Under the pieces are notes generated by a model. The model saw only the letters and a program-made list of their open reading frames with translations. It searched no databases and had not been told where the DNA came from. DNA of 63,511 nt, the filler included, from Octopus bimaculoides (taxonomy: Eukaryota), in NCBI RefSeq assembly GCF_001194135.2. It is 5 parts of 5 records of this genome, joined end to end, with 100 filler letters (N's around TTAATTAATTAA, not from the genome) between each part and the next. Parts side by side here need not be neighbours in the genome. Positions count along the whole stretch, not along the records: positions 1 to 17,912 come from NC_068999.1; positions 18,013 to 41,844 come from NC_068986.1; 3 more parts are not named here. One strand, given 5' to 3'. A program made the translations under genes and the position numbers. Below are positions 15,053 through 28,050 of this stretch, in pieces. How positions within the stretch are numbered: position 1 is the first letter of the stretch; the number at the start of each line of letters is the position of its first letter.

Positions 15053-17956
15053 TTTCTACCCTTCCTCTCTTTCTCTTTCTCATTATCTCTCTATCAATCT
15101 ACCTCTCTTCACGTAACTCTCAACCATCTCCCTCTTTCTCTTCTCCATTTGTCACATCCTTGATTTTCAGTTGGGTCAAGACTGATAATTGAGGCCAACA
15201 GTAATTCCGGTAACAGTGGTGGTAGCAGTGGTAGTAGCGGTTGTGGTTTCGGTTGTGGTGGTGATAATGCGATGAGAGGTGGTAAGAGTAAGGATAGTGA
15301 AGGGTGGTGGACATGACGTTGGTTATAATAATAATAATGTCTGCGGTTATCGTTGTGGCTGTGCTGGTGGTTACGGTGTAGGTGGTAGTCGTGGTGCTAG
15401 TGATGGTGATTGTAGTAATGGCGACGGTGGTGGTGGTGGTGGAGGTCGTCGTCGTCGTAGTGGTGGTGATGGTGGAGATGGTTGATGAGTCAATGAGGAC
15501 GACAGTAGTAGTAATGGTAGTCGCAGCACTGGTGGTTACGATGGTTGAGGTGGTAGTATAAGATGTTATATCACAGCCCTAGCTCTGTCCCCTTTTTATT
15601 GTATTCTTTCGTCCCATTCACTCTCGCTCATTCTATCGATCTGTCAATCGTTTTTCTCTTATTATCCCACTCACAACTACCCCCACACACCCTTCTGCTC
15701 TTCCTCGCTTTCTCCCAAACGCTGCCCTAATCCCATCGTCCTTTGTACAGAGTTAATTAAACCGAAGTATTATCCTTTCACTAGTTTTCCGAGTAGATTG
15801 GTTATCCATGTTTATGTTCATTTTCTTTCTATTTCCTGATATGAAATATCTGTTGAGACAAGGTTTTCCAGCGCAGCCTGTCTTGTCGTTAACCTTTCCT
15901 TCACCCACACTAACACCTGTACAACCTCAAACAAACACACGCACACGCACGCACACACACACACACAAACTAATCCCTCCCTTCCTCTCTGTCTCTCTAT
16001 GTATGTATATGTATATGTGTGTATATATATATCTTTCGCTCTTTCCCTCTCTCTCTCTCTCTATATATATATACACACACACTCACACATATATATGTAT
16101 ATATAAACATATATATGCCTGTATGTATGTGAATATATATGTACACACACATATGCATGTATGTATGTATGTATCTATCTATCTATCTATCTATATATAT
16201 ATATATATATATATATNNNNNNNNNNNNNNNNNNNNNNNNNNNNNNNNNNNNNNNNNNNNNNNNNNNNNNNNNNNNNNNNNNNNNNNNNNNNNNNNNNNN
16301 NNNNNNNNNNNNNNNNNNNNNNNNNNNNNNNNNNNNNNNNNNNNNNNNNNNNNNNNNNNNNNNNNNNNNNNNNNNNNNNNNNNNNNNNNNNNNNNNNNNN
16401 NNNNNNNNNNNNNNNNNNNNNNNNNNNNNNNNNNNNNNNNNNNNNNNNNNNNNNNNNNNNNNNNNNNNNNNNNNNNNNNNNNNNNNNNNNNNNNNNNNNN
16501 NNNNNNNNNNNNNNNNNNNNNNNNNNNNNNNNNNNNNNNNNNNNNNNNNNNNNNNNNNNNNNNNNNNNNNNNNNNNNNNNNNNNNNNNNNNNNNNNNNNN
16601 NNNNNNNNNNNNNNNNNNNNNNNNNNNNNNNNNNNNNNNNNNNNNNNNNNNNNNNNNNNNNNNNNNNNNNNNNNNNNNNNNNNNNNNNNNNNNNNNNNNN
16701 NNNNNNNNNNNNNNNNNNNNNNNNNNNNNNNNNNNNNNNNNNNNNNNNNNNNNNNNNNNNNNNNNNNNNNNNNNNNNNNNNNNNNNNNNNNNNNNNNNNN
16801 NNNNNNNNNNNNNNNNNNNNNNNNNNNNNNNNNNNNNNNNNNNNNNNNNNNNNNNNNNNNNNNNNNNNNNNNNNNNNNNNNNNNNNNNNNNNNNNNNNNN
16901 NNNNNNNNNNNNNNNNNNNNNNNNNNNNNNNNNNNNNNNNNNNNNNNNNNNNNNNNNNNNNNNNNNNNNNNNNNNNNNNNNNNNNNNNNNNNNNNNNNNN
17001 NNNNNNNNNNNNNNNNNNNNNGGGATTTTTCTGTAATTTTGTTAGAAATCCTTTTCTCATTTCTATATTTATTTTTTTTTTTTTATTTCGTTTATATTCA
17101 TTTATTTGTATTTATTTATTTGCCTTTGTCGCTCCTTTCTGCTTTGTTTCATTTATATTTCGTTTCTAGTTTTTCGTTTCTGGTTTATATTTGTTTCTGT
17201 TGTGTCTTTTTTTGTTTTGTTGTTGTCGTTTTTACTTTATAGCCATCTTTTTGAGGAAATTTCTGATCTAATTTGATTGTTATTTTGGCTTTTCGTATTT
17301 TCTTTCATTTGTTCTTTTTATTTTTTATTGTTTTTTTACTACTGGTGGATGGATCGTTGAGTCATCAGAACTGTTTTAACGATGGATAATCGCAATTTGT
17401 TGTCACATAAATGTCAATACGACCTTCAATGTTGAGGTTGTTAACCCTAGTTCAACTCTGATGATGCAGACTTACGTTCGACATCGTTCCAACTCTGACC
17501 ATCCAAAAAAAACCCCTGTTGCTTCATATATGTAGGTGGTTGTTCTAGATAGATAGATAGACACACACATACATACACACATATACACGTACACATACAC
17601 ATACATGCATGCATGTATAACTGTATGTATATAAGCAGTGTTGTCTACAATTTATAGATGTATTCCGTAGCCCAGCAAAGTCCATTGACAAACACTGTAA
17701 ACGTAATTTTAATTCTATTGAGACGCTATGTTTATTTTTCCTAATTTTTGTTCAGTCAAACTACAAGAAAGATCTCGTGATGCCTGATTCCAATAAAATG
17801 GCATTTTAAAGAATATAGTCGTAATTCGAAGTGATTTGTGAATAGGCACGACTACCACGACAATTTATGATGATGATGATGATGATAATAATAATAATAA
17901 TAATAATAATAANNNNNNNNNNNNNNNNNNNNNNNNNNNNNNNNNNNNNNNNNNNN

Positions 17957-17968
17957 TTAATTAATTAA
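17957..17968. other. Artificial gap linker TTAATTAATTAA (also 41889-41900, 60007-60018, 62084-62095)
   Basis: The same 12-mer sits centred in four N-runs of about 100 bp total and gives stops in all six frames. Confidence 0.95.
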
Positions 17969-18252
17969 NNNNNNNNNNNNNNNNNNNNNNNNNNNNNNNN
18001 NNNNNNNNNNNNTACAAAGGATTCCGCGGTACACGTGTTTCAAGCTTTATATGTGTATAATATAATATGTGTATAATTTACAATGTAAAGCTATCCTCAG
18101 CCGCAAAATTATTTCTCTCCCAGGAAATTATACCACCTCCGCGTTGAAGTAGGAAGAAAGGTGTGATGTAAGAGGTGAAGATCCGCAACCACTAGCTGGA
18201 ATACACAGGTGCTTACAATTGTCAAGTATTACCTCTAAATTTCAATTTACCT

Positions 18253-18296
<44 letters not shown>

Positions 18297-18437
18297 CACA
18301 CATACATACATATATACTCACACATACGCACGCACACACACACGTTTGCATGGACATGTACATAGCGCAGTTGGTAGACATTTAATCTGATTGACACGGG
18401 TTGAAGTGACGCTGTGGGTGCACGCTATAATTCTATA

Positions 18438-18833
18438 GGTGCAGACATGGTTGTGTGGTTAAGGAGCCATTCCTTGCAACCTCGTCATTTCGAGTTCATT
18501 CCAACCGAGAGGCAAGTGTCTACTACTTTAGCATCGGGCCTACCACAGTCTTGTGAGGGAATTTGGCAGACGGAAACTGTGCGGAGTCTCGTCTTTCAAA
18601 CGCATGAATAAATATATGCATGTGTGTATTTGCATATTTGTCTTTGTCTACCTGGTGTTGGTTTGTTTACTTCTGCATAACTTAGCTGTTCTGCCAAAAG
18701 AAACCGATAGAATAAGAAACAGATTGCAGAAATAAAAACTGGGGGTCGACTTGTTCGAAAGAACCCTTCGTGGCGGTGCCCCAGCAAAGCCGCAGTCCAA
18801 TAACTCTAAAAAGTGAAGGTAAAAGATAAAAGA
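18438..18833 (+). mobile_element. SINE family A, diverged full-length copy
   Basis: ggtgcagacatggttgtgtggttaag head, ggcaagtgtctactac core, gtaaaagataaaaga tail. Confidence 0.75.
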
Positions 18834-18856
18834 TGTTTATAAATCAGAAGGTACGT

Positions 18857-19203
18857 TTTCTAGAAGATTGATAAACGAGGCAAAAGAGATTTCTATTGCA
18901 ACCATTAGAGATATTTTTGTAGTTCCCAGGACAAAATAATTGATTTAGTCAAGATACTGAAAATAGATAGACATCGACAGATCGTTGTAGATATGTTCAA
19001 TTGATACGTGGTTAGTATTATAGTTGATGTTATCAAACTTGTACAGCTATTGCTATCTCCAGAAGATATCAAAAGCGATATAGCAATGACGTAGGAGGCC
19101 CAGTTATAAATCATTCAGACGACCTTGTCAGGTTACCAGGGAAACAAGTGTGGATATAAACACACGTAGAAGTTCTCTATAACTTTATTCTACTCTAGCT
19201 GTA
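18857..19203 (+). repeat. Local direct duplication, copy 1 (~350 bp)
   Basis: Matches 23299-23658 except for 3 substitutions and a 13-nt indel. Confidence 0.9.
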
Positions 19204-19479
19204 GATGGTTATTATATATAGGCATATATCTACATATGTAAATACATATATATAAACAATAATATATATATATGTATATATACATTTATGTATATATACA
19301 AATATACACACATACACACACATATTACATTAGTTAATGGACAAACGAAAGGAAATGGCACTCGACAAATTTCATTCGGTTCAACGCAACTTGAAGTTTC
19401 GTAGGCACATGAAAGAAATTTAACACGTCAGAATGGTATCAAACAATATCTATCTATCCATCCATCCATCTAGCCATCC

Positions 19480-19487
<8 letters not shown>

Positions 19488-19572
<85 letters not shown>
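19488..19572. repeat. (TATC)n microsatellite
   Basis: Direct reading of the sequence. Confidence 0.95.
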
Positions 19573-19573
<1 letters not shown>

Positions 19574-19609
19574 TTGAGCATTTTTGTGAGAGTAATTTTC
19601 TTACGTGCA

Positions 19610-19986
19610 GGTGCAATGGCCCAGTGGTTAGGGCAGCGGACTTGCAGTCGTAGGATTGCGGTTTCGATTCCCAGACCGGGCGTTGTGAGTGTTTATTGAG
19701 CGAAAACACCTAAAGCTCCACGAGGCTCCAGCAGTGGGTGGTGGCGAACCCTGCTGTATTCTTTCACCACAACTTTCTCTCACTCTTTCTTCCTGTTTCT
19801 GTTCTACCTGTATTTCAAAGGGGTCAGCCTTGTCACACTCTGTGTCACGCTGAATCTCACCGAAAACTACGTTAAGGGTACACGTGTCTGTGGAGTGCTC
19901 AGCCACTTGTACGTTAATTTCACGAGCAGGCTGTTCCGTTGATCGGATCAACTGGAACCCTCGACGTCGTAACCGACAGAGTGCCA
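19610..19986 (+). mobile_element. tRNA-derived SINE family C (OR1-like)
   Basis: Head GGTGCAATGGCCCAGTGGTTAGGGCAGCGGAC..GGTTTCGATTCCC with A/B boxes. The tail atttcaaagggg..gaatctc..cacgttaatttcacgagcagg is shared with 62998-63298. Confidence 0.8.
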
Positions 19987-20415
19987 CCATTCTGCATCTC
20001 ACAAATGGAATGAAACAATAGAATGAAACGAAATGAAGGAAAATTGAATAAAATAATTTTCTTATTACGTTTAAAGATTTTCTAGCCACTGAAAACGTTC
20101 GTACCTCAAGTGAATTATTAAACGCAGTGACGTAGATATAGTGAAATATAGTTATCACCCTTTGTTTTGAACCTTTCTATCCGAGAAGACACACGAAGGA
20201 GGTGCAAAAGGAAGCGGATAACAATTTGATGTTCTACAATTGTTTTTATATACATATTTTATATACATTCTTATATACATACATGTTAATATACATTTTA
20301 TAGCCTGTACCCATGGATGAGCTTAACACGGTAACCTCGAAGCTTACATCTGGATGAAATTATCATCATCATCATCATCATCACCCTCCTCCTCCTCCTC
20401 ATTATTATTATTATT

Positions 20416-20735
20416 GTTCAGTAGTTTTATTTTTATAACGTGCTTTCACTTCACTACCGAGCGCCACTCTGTGCGCCTTGGGTATGTGCTGTGGTTTGCT
20501 GTGATGCTCTTATGTTTACTGTATTGAAAGTATTTTGCGTAGAATGTGTGCAGTACCCAGTAGTGCAATTTTCTGTATGTTATATATATTTGTAAGTCCT
20601 GGTGTTTTTGTTATGTATTTGTCTGAATATTTTTTATTATACCTAAGGCACCTACTATGATAGGAATTGTTTCTGTTTTTAGATTCCACATTCGAGTTAT
20701 CTCTATTTCCAGGTCTTTGTATTTTGAAAGTTTTT
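20416..20735 (-). mobile_element. R4/Dong-like non-LTR retrotransposon, 3' end
   Basis: Minus ORF ends NIYNIQKIALLGTAHILRKILSIQ* (the LGTAxILRK C-terminal motif of RLE-type elements). The 3' end runs into (AAT)n at 20401-20415. Confidence 0.8.
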
Positions 20736-21160
20736 NNNNNNNNNNNNNNNNNNNNNNNNNNNNNNNNNNNNNNNNNNNNNNNNNNNNNNNNNNNNNNNNN
20801 NNNNNNNNNNNNNNNNNNNNNNNNNNNNNNNNNNNNNNNNNNNNNNNNNNNNNNNNNNNNNNNNNNNNNNNNNNNNNNNNNNNNNNNNNNNNNNNNNNNN
20901 NNNNNNNNNNNNNNNNNNNNNNNNNNNNNNNNNNNNNNNNNNNNNNNNNNNNNNNNNNNNNNNNNNNNNNNNNNNNNNNNNNNNNNNNNNNNNNNNNNNN
21001 NNNNNNNNNNNNNNNNNNNNNNNNNNNNNNNNNNNNNNNNNNNNNNNNNNNNNNNNNNNNNNNNNNNNNNNNNNNNNNNNNNNNNNNNNNNNNNNNNNNN
21101 NNNNNNNNNNNNNNNNNNNNNNNNNNNNNNNNNNNNNNNNCACGTGTATATATACATATA

Positions 21161-21315
21161 TACGACGGGCTTCTTTCAGTGTCCGTTTACCAAATCAACT
21201 CACAAGGCTTTGGTCGGACCGAGGCTATAGTAGAAGACACTTGCCCAAGATGCCACGCAGTGGGACTGAACCCGGAACCATGTGGTTGGTAAGCAAGCTA
21301 CTTACCACACAGCCA
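21161..21315 (-). mobile_element. SINE family A, 5' half
   Basis: gacgggcttctttcag...cttgcccaag...gggactgaacccggaaccatgtggttggtaagcaagctacttaccacacagcca. Confidence 0.8.
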
Positions 21316-21661
21316 ATGACAACAAGAGAATGAATGATACCTCGAAATTATGTAAAGAGAGAAATTTATCTGTAAAATAATATGCGACAGTTATTCAGTT
21401 ACCATAATAAAACTCCGAGTTTCGGATGTCAGGGCGGAAATCTACTCCGGCATCTCGTCAGTTATTAAGGCAAAAAAAAACTGATTTGGAAGTGTTATCA
21501 TGTACATTGTTTTGACGAGATGCCGGAGCACATTTCCGCCCGACCTCCTCCTCCATCTCCTCCACCTCCTCCTCCTTCTCCTCTTACTACTACTACTTTT
21601 ATTATTATCATTATTATTATATGTTTGACTTTTGCTTTGTATTTGTACAAATTGACTCCAG

Positions 21662-21852
21662 TTCTCACCCAAGAGACAACAAGTTAGAAGTTCATGTTGA
21701 TGTTATGCTTAGGGTGCCATATATTTGGTTTTGCACATAATATCGTTCTAGAGAATGTTTAAGAAAACAAGAAAATTACGAGTTTGTTTCAAAATTCGAG
21801 ATTACATAGGCAGAATTTTACGTAGGATATGGGCAGTTCCCATGAGTACTTC
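21662..21852 (-). mobile_element. R4/Dong-like 3' fragment
   Basis: Minus strand EVLMGTAHILRKILPM*; abuts (CAT)n(TAT)n. Confidence 0.65.
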
Positions 21853-21874
21853 CCATCATCATCATCAGCAGCAG

Positions 21875-21935
<61 letters not shown>

Positions 21936-21964
21936 GTTGTTGTTGTTATCATAATTATTATATA

Positions 21965-22830
21965 GTTGTTCAATATTTGGTAGATTGAGGCAAATTTCTA
22001 CTGCATCACCTGCTACACCTCTGTGTTGCGGGGGCGTGTGCAGCATTTTGTATTCTTTTCTGCTATTGGGAGAGTGGAAAATCTTCCCGGTACAGTATTG
22101 TGATAGCTTTTCCCCCTTGAGTTATGCTGCTTTCGTTTGTTGTATTACTGCTTTATTGTGTATTGTGTGTGTAATGCTTTGGTTTTCTAGCTTGCTGGTG
22201 GGAGTTTATTTCACTGGATAAATGCTGTATAGAATGTGTCTTGTATTTGTGGGTTGTTTTGTTTAGCTTGTATTATTGGATTGATAGTGTCTTGCGTAGG
22301 ATGTGGGCTGTTCCCAGGAGGGCTATTTTTTGCACAGTGTATAGTGTTGATGTTCCAGGGATAGCTTCTACATTTTGTTCGTACGACTTTTTATCATGCT
22401 CAATGCTCCAGTTATTATTGATATTGTTTTTACCTTCATGCACCACATTTTGAATACTTCAATTTCTAGTTCTTTGTACTTCGACAATTTCTCCTCTTCT
22501 TTTCTGACCAGAAGAGACTGCAATGTTTTTCAGTAAGCAGGTATTTCCCCCCCTAATCCTTAACTATTATGTCTGAGCGATTCGCTTTTATTTCTTTGTC
22601 GGTTTGAATCGATACATCCCAGATGATAGTGGCCTGATCGTTGTCTTATACCTTGCTTGGCACATGCTTATGCTACATGCTGTCAGTTTTGATGTAATAT
22701 TGGTACATTGACCAGTGGATATAACTACTTACTTTGTCGTATCTGCGTACATATCCAGACACGGCAAGGACAGGGCAGCCAGAGATGATGTGGTCAATTG
22801 TCTCATTGTGTTGTCCTAGATAGAAGTAGC
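21965..22830 (-). mobile_element. R4/Dong-like element: CCHC finger, RLE endonuclease and 3' UTR (degenerate)
   Basis: Minus strand, frameshifted: ETIDHIISGCPVLA..., IIWDVSIQTDKEIKANRSDIIVKD, and a LLGTAHILRK-like end. The 3' end abuts (TAT)n at 21875-21960. Confidence 0.8.
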
Positions 22831-23298
22831 GATCCAAAAAACCACAATTTAATATAAAATATATACATACACATGAATATTTGCTATTATTTTAAGTGTG
22901 TTTCGTAAATCAGAAATTATGTCTCATGACAAAGTGCAGTCTAGTTAGACAAACTATAGCTTGATTGATATATGTTACAGAATCTGTATAAAGCGTAAGA
23001 GAACAAAAAAATTTCATTTGGTTGATTATATTCGTAGACAGGAAGCATAAGAACAACAATGAAGTCGATAGTTCTGAAAACGTTATATCGACAAAGAAAA
23101 AAACCTAAGTGAGATGTTTGGCGGGGACTTAGATAATAAATCAGAAAAGGCAAAAAGCAAAATAAAATAAAAGAAGAAAAATTAGGATTTTGGTTGCGTA
23201 CTTATTGGAAATTTTGTTATATAGAAAAGAGATGAGATAAAAAGTTGTAGGAAAGAAAGCACAGGCGAACGTGGATAAATAAATAGAAGCAGATATGA

Positions 23299-23658
23299 TT
23301 TCTAGAAGATTGATAAACGAGGCAAAAGAGATTTCTATTGCAAACATTAGAGATATTTTTGTAGTTCCCAGGACAAAATAATTGATTTAGTCAAGATACT
23401 GAAAATAGATAGACATCGACAGATCGTTGTAGATATGTTCAATTGATACGTGGTTAGTATTATAGCTGTTGTTATCAAACTTGTACAGCTATTGCTATCT
23501 CCAGAAGATATCAAAAGCGATATAGCAATGACGTAGGAGGCCCAGTTATAAATCATTCAGACGACCTTGTCAGGTTACCAGGGAAACAAGTGTGGATATA
23601 AACACACGTAGAAGTTCTCTATAACTTTAATCTAATCTCTAATTCTACTCTAGCTGTA
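23299..23658 (+). repeat. Local direct duplication, copy 2
   Basis: See 18857-19203. Confidence 0.9.
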
Positions 23659-24933
23659 AATGGGAATTAGTTGAGGCTAGTCAATATAGTATATCAATAC
23701 CCGTTGCTTGCCTTTCCATTCAAACTACCAACAAAAAACATTAACATAGACAGCATTCACTGCATATAAAAACGTCTACATTAATGCTTACATTCAAAAA
23801 CAAATATATATGCGTGTGTGTGTGTGTGTGTGTGAGTGTGTGTGTATATGCATATATGTATGTATATGTATATGTATAAATATATATATAAACATCCATA
23901 CATATACATGTATATATATATATATATATATGTATATNNNNNNNNNNNNNNNNNNNNNNNNNNNNNNNNNNNNNNNNNNNNNNNNNNNNNNNNNNNNNNN
24001 NNNNNNNNNNNNNNNNNNNNNNNNNNNNNNNNNNNNNNNNNNNNNNNNNNNATATATATATATATATATATACATATTGATACGTTTATATATTCGTTTT
24101 GCAAGATTACGATTAATGTAAAAAATAAAATAAAGCAGAAGCAAATTAACACCAAATATATATAGTGCGTGTGTTTTTATTTGCTAAACTGGCAACATGA
24201 CCATCCCCAAATACAACAATATATATTGATTGTTGTTCGTTAATGTGTACTTATACAAAGTCAACACACACGTGTGCATATGTACGGACACACATACACA
24301 CACACACATGCCCACACACACACATGCACACGCATACACACTCACATACACACACATGTATATTTAATACAGAATGAAGGAAGACAACACCTGATGGCCA
24401 AGTTCTAACAAATGTATTTGCTTAAAAAGGGAGGGCAAGAGTTTTGACGTTTCGGTCTCTAATCCTTCTTCATAAGGAAATATAGAGAAAAGTATAGGAA
24501 GGAAGAGACAGAAAAATGCATCTGTCTCTCTCTCTCCTTCTCTCTTTCTTCCCCTTCCTATATATATATATATATATCTTTAAGATACAGGTAACTCTTT
24601 CACAATATTTAGATAGCTTCCACACCACCATGTCAGCTAATTTTTCCTCAGTTACAACTTCAATGATTTTGCTCTCCAAAGCCGTCTGCTGTTCATCAAT
24701 ATGTTAAGTTGTTCCTGGGGAAAAGGATGCATAAAATCGTCAAGAGTAACGCTGCAATCCCTCCTCTCTCTCTCTCCCTCCCTCCCCGTCTGTTTCCCCT
24801 CTCTCCCCTTCTTTCCATCTCTCAGCCTGTCTCTCTTCTCCCTGTCTCTCCCCCTCCCCATCTTTCCCCATCTCTCCTCTCTCCCTCTGTTTCTCTATCT
24901 GTGTGTATGTATGTGATCATACACACACGTACA

Positions 24934-24989
<56 letters not shown>

Positions 24990-26159
24990 TGCACTCACGC
25001 ACATACAAACACACACACAAGTTTATATATGTATGCATACACATATGTCTGTATATACATGCATTAACGTATGTGTACACACATACGTATGTACCAATAT
25101 ATATATGTGTGTGTGTGTGTGTGTATGTATGTACGTATGTATGCATGAATGCATTACTGTCTGTATATATGTATGTATGCATGTATGTATGCATGTATGT
25201 ATGTAAGTTTGTATGCATGCATGTATGTATGTATGTATGTTTGTATGTATGTATGAATGCATGCATGCGTATATGTACACCATTTGAAACCCATAAGTAC
25301 AGAAAGTAATGTACTGGAAATCAGGGCAAGTCCACATAATGTTAGTCCTCCGAGAAGAGTGTCTGATAGCCAGCCCTCTCCTGAGCCCAGTGTGCAAAAA
25401 TATATGTCACCTATTTGTCTCATAACTGAGGGCCTTTGCAGGCAACACCATCCTAAACCAGAGTTGATCTGGTTAAGTAGTAGAAAGAAGGTTTAACTCC
25501 ACACTTACGTAAATTCTTAGACTCTCGAACAAACAGCCTCATCGGAAGCCCAAGGCAAGCTTAGACGGGAAATAAAGGAACTGAGGTGTTAAGAAATCTA
25601 ACTTTCCAGAATAGAGATAGCTTGCATGTTTATTCTTAAAACATTCCGGCAGGTTTGAGCATGAATGTGCTAATCGTTGTTTTGTTTTGTCACAGATGAA
25701 TGACTTCTTTGCGACAAATATATAACACACTCGATTCATTACTACAAGGGGTTTCTATCTCAGATGGTGTCTTCAACTCTTTGTATCTCGTCAGCCAGAG
25801 GCACCTCGGACTAATGAATCTAATGATGGTCTTGTTTATTAGCTTCATCCAGCAAACTTCAGTGTGGTTGTTAGGTCAACTTTACAACTTCATTTGTACT
25901 TCATCAGAACCCAGTCCTAGGCGATAAAGGGCAAACATTTGTCCCTTAGTATTTAAGCTCATTCTCAAAGAGACGTGAATAAAAATCGTAACATATTTCT
26001 ACTTAATCCGATAATCTACCGACTTTGTCACTGTAGTGTCTTCAGAACAGTAAAATATTATATTCGCTGTCTTCCCCACAGTACAGGGGCTGTTGATATG
26101 TTCAACGTTTGACAGTTAATAAAAAGAAAAAAGAAAAATTCCAATAAGCTTTTAACAAG

Positions 26160-26450
26160 CGAGCATAGCTGTGTGGTTAAGAAGTTCGCCTTGCAAGCAC
26201 GTGGTTTCGAGTTCAGTTCCACTGCACAGCACCTTGGGCAAATATTTCCCGGCTACCACTTAACGATCGGTGTTGGTTTGTTTGCGTCCCTTGTAAGTTA
26301 GAAGTTCGGTGGAAAAGTCCGACAGAATAAGCATCAGATTTACAAAAAAAAAAAAAGAAAGCTCCGAAGTCGATTTGTTGAACTAAACGTTTTAGGGCGG
26401 TGCCACAGTATGACCGTAGATCAACAACTGAAACATGAAAAGATAAAAGA
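26160..26450 (+). mobile_element. SINE family A, diverged copy
   Basis: gagcatagctgtgtggttaagaag head, gagttcagttcc B-box-like, caccttgggcaa core, aaagataaaaga tail. Confidence 0.7.
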
Positions 26451-26819
26451 GAACATCATATGTCCGGTTTCTGTTCTGTTCCTCTTTTTCTTTCTTCCTT
26501 TCTTCGTTTTATTATTGTCCTATTTCTTTTGATTAATTAACATAACCTATTCAGTTTAGTAAACGCGGTGTCATAATTTATTTGTCCTCGTATCAAGCAA
26601 TTGTAATTTCACTCTAAATCAAACACACACATATTACGCAATTAATAATTGACCGAAAGGCAACGACCTAATGACGGAACATACAGGGTGGTGCAAAAGT
26701 AGGCTTGCAGTTGAATAGTTGTATATTTTATTTTTATCTTTTTATTAAAAAAAAAGTGAGAGAAAACTTCCACCATTCTCTTCTTCAAAACCCAAATCAA
26801 CTTCCGAAATATTTACTTT

Positions 26820-28050
26820 GTCCTTGGTAATCGCCATTTTTCTCATTACCATAGTCCTAATCGTATCTTTTATGTTCGCCATCATGATAATCGCCATCTT
26901 GGTACTCCCCATTTTTGTTGTCAATACTTTTTCATCGCCTCCGTGGTAGTCGCCGTTTAAAGAGTCATCATCTTGATAGTCGCCATTTTTGTCATCGTCA
27001 GCTTAGCAAGTGCCATCGTGGTAGTCACCATTTTATCGCCGCCGCCATCTTAGTATTTGCTATCGTGGTAGTCCCAACATTTGTCATCACCACCATAGCA
27101 GTCACCTTCTCTGTAGTCGCCGTTTTTGTCGCCGCTATTTTGGCAATCGCCATCTGCGTAGTTCATCGTCAATACTGGTGTTTCCATCGTTAACCTACTT
27201 CATCCGTTTGTGCTCAATACTCCTTTGAATAGTCTCATCTTTGTAAACAAACTCTAGCCTTCTCTAGCTGTCGGACACCATGCATCTTACCTTTATGAAA
27301 AGCTTAAAGTTGCTTCTGCTTTGAATCCATTGTTTGTCTGCAAAGCACAACGAAAGAGTTACTCGACTTATATATGCAATCTGAACGTTCTAAATCATTT
27401 GCTAAAAAAGCTATGCTCACTTCTGCTTTATTTTCGTGCCAACTCTCGTAATTTCGGAGCCAGCTTAATCTTTGACTGCATCCGCAAGCTGCAGAGTTTT
27501 GCCTTTTTAAACAATAGGCCGAAACTTTAGTGTAACGATCCACAATGAAACTTCAAGCTAGCACCAGTTTGTTAGATTAAATCTTTCACAATTTTAAAAC
27601 ATTCATAACGTCCACCATGATGGCAACGACAAAAATACTGACTACCACGATGATGATGACGAATATGGTGACTACCACGACAACCACTACCAAGATGGCG
27701 TTTACCCAAATAGCGACAATAAAAACAGCGGCTACAAAGAAAGCGACGACTATGACGGTGATGACAGATACTGCAACTACCACGATAGCAACTACGAAGA
27801 TGGCAGCGACAAAATGGCGACTACCAAGATGGTAAATACTAGGAACGCGATGACAGAATGGTTACGACAAAAGTGGTGACTAACAAGATGGCGATTACTA
27901 CGTCGTTCATGACAAAATGGAGACTGCCAAGATGACGACCACCACGATGGTCCTTACGAAGATGACGATGACAAAAATGGCGACTATTATGATAAATGAC
28001 TACCAAGATGGTGATGAAAAAAATGTTAACTCTCACTATGGCGGTGACCT
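26820..28050. mobile_element. Foldback-like element with inverted minisatellite arrays around a ~400-bp unique core
   Basis: Left array of catcttggtagtcgccatttttgtc-like units, right array of gacaaaatggcgactaccaagatgg-like units. 26976-27000 is the exact reverse complement of 27963-27987. Confidence 0.6.

Noticed and set aside
14170-15560. Asp/Gly/His-rich coding repeats
   Set aside because: Cryptic (GAT/GAC/GGT)n trinucleotide tracts with stops in the frames checked and no splice framework.
17476-17545. Minus-strand micro-exon ending at GTAAGT
   Set aside because: The acceptor lies in an (AGAT)n repeat, two frames are equally open, and no homology is recognised.
19610-19680. Apparent tRNA genes (also 37056-37125 and 46322-46390)
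   Set aside because: Each continues directly into a SINE body and lacks a proper acceptor stem and terminator, so they are SINE heads.
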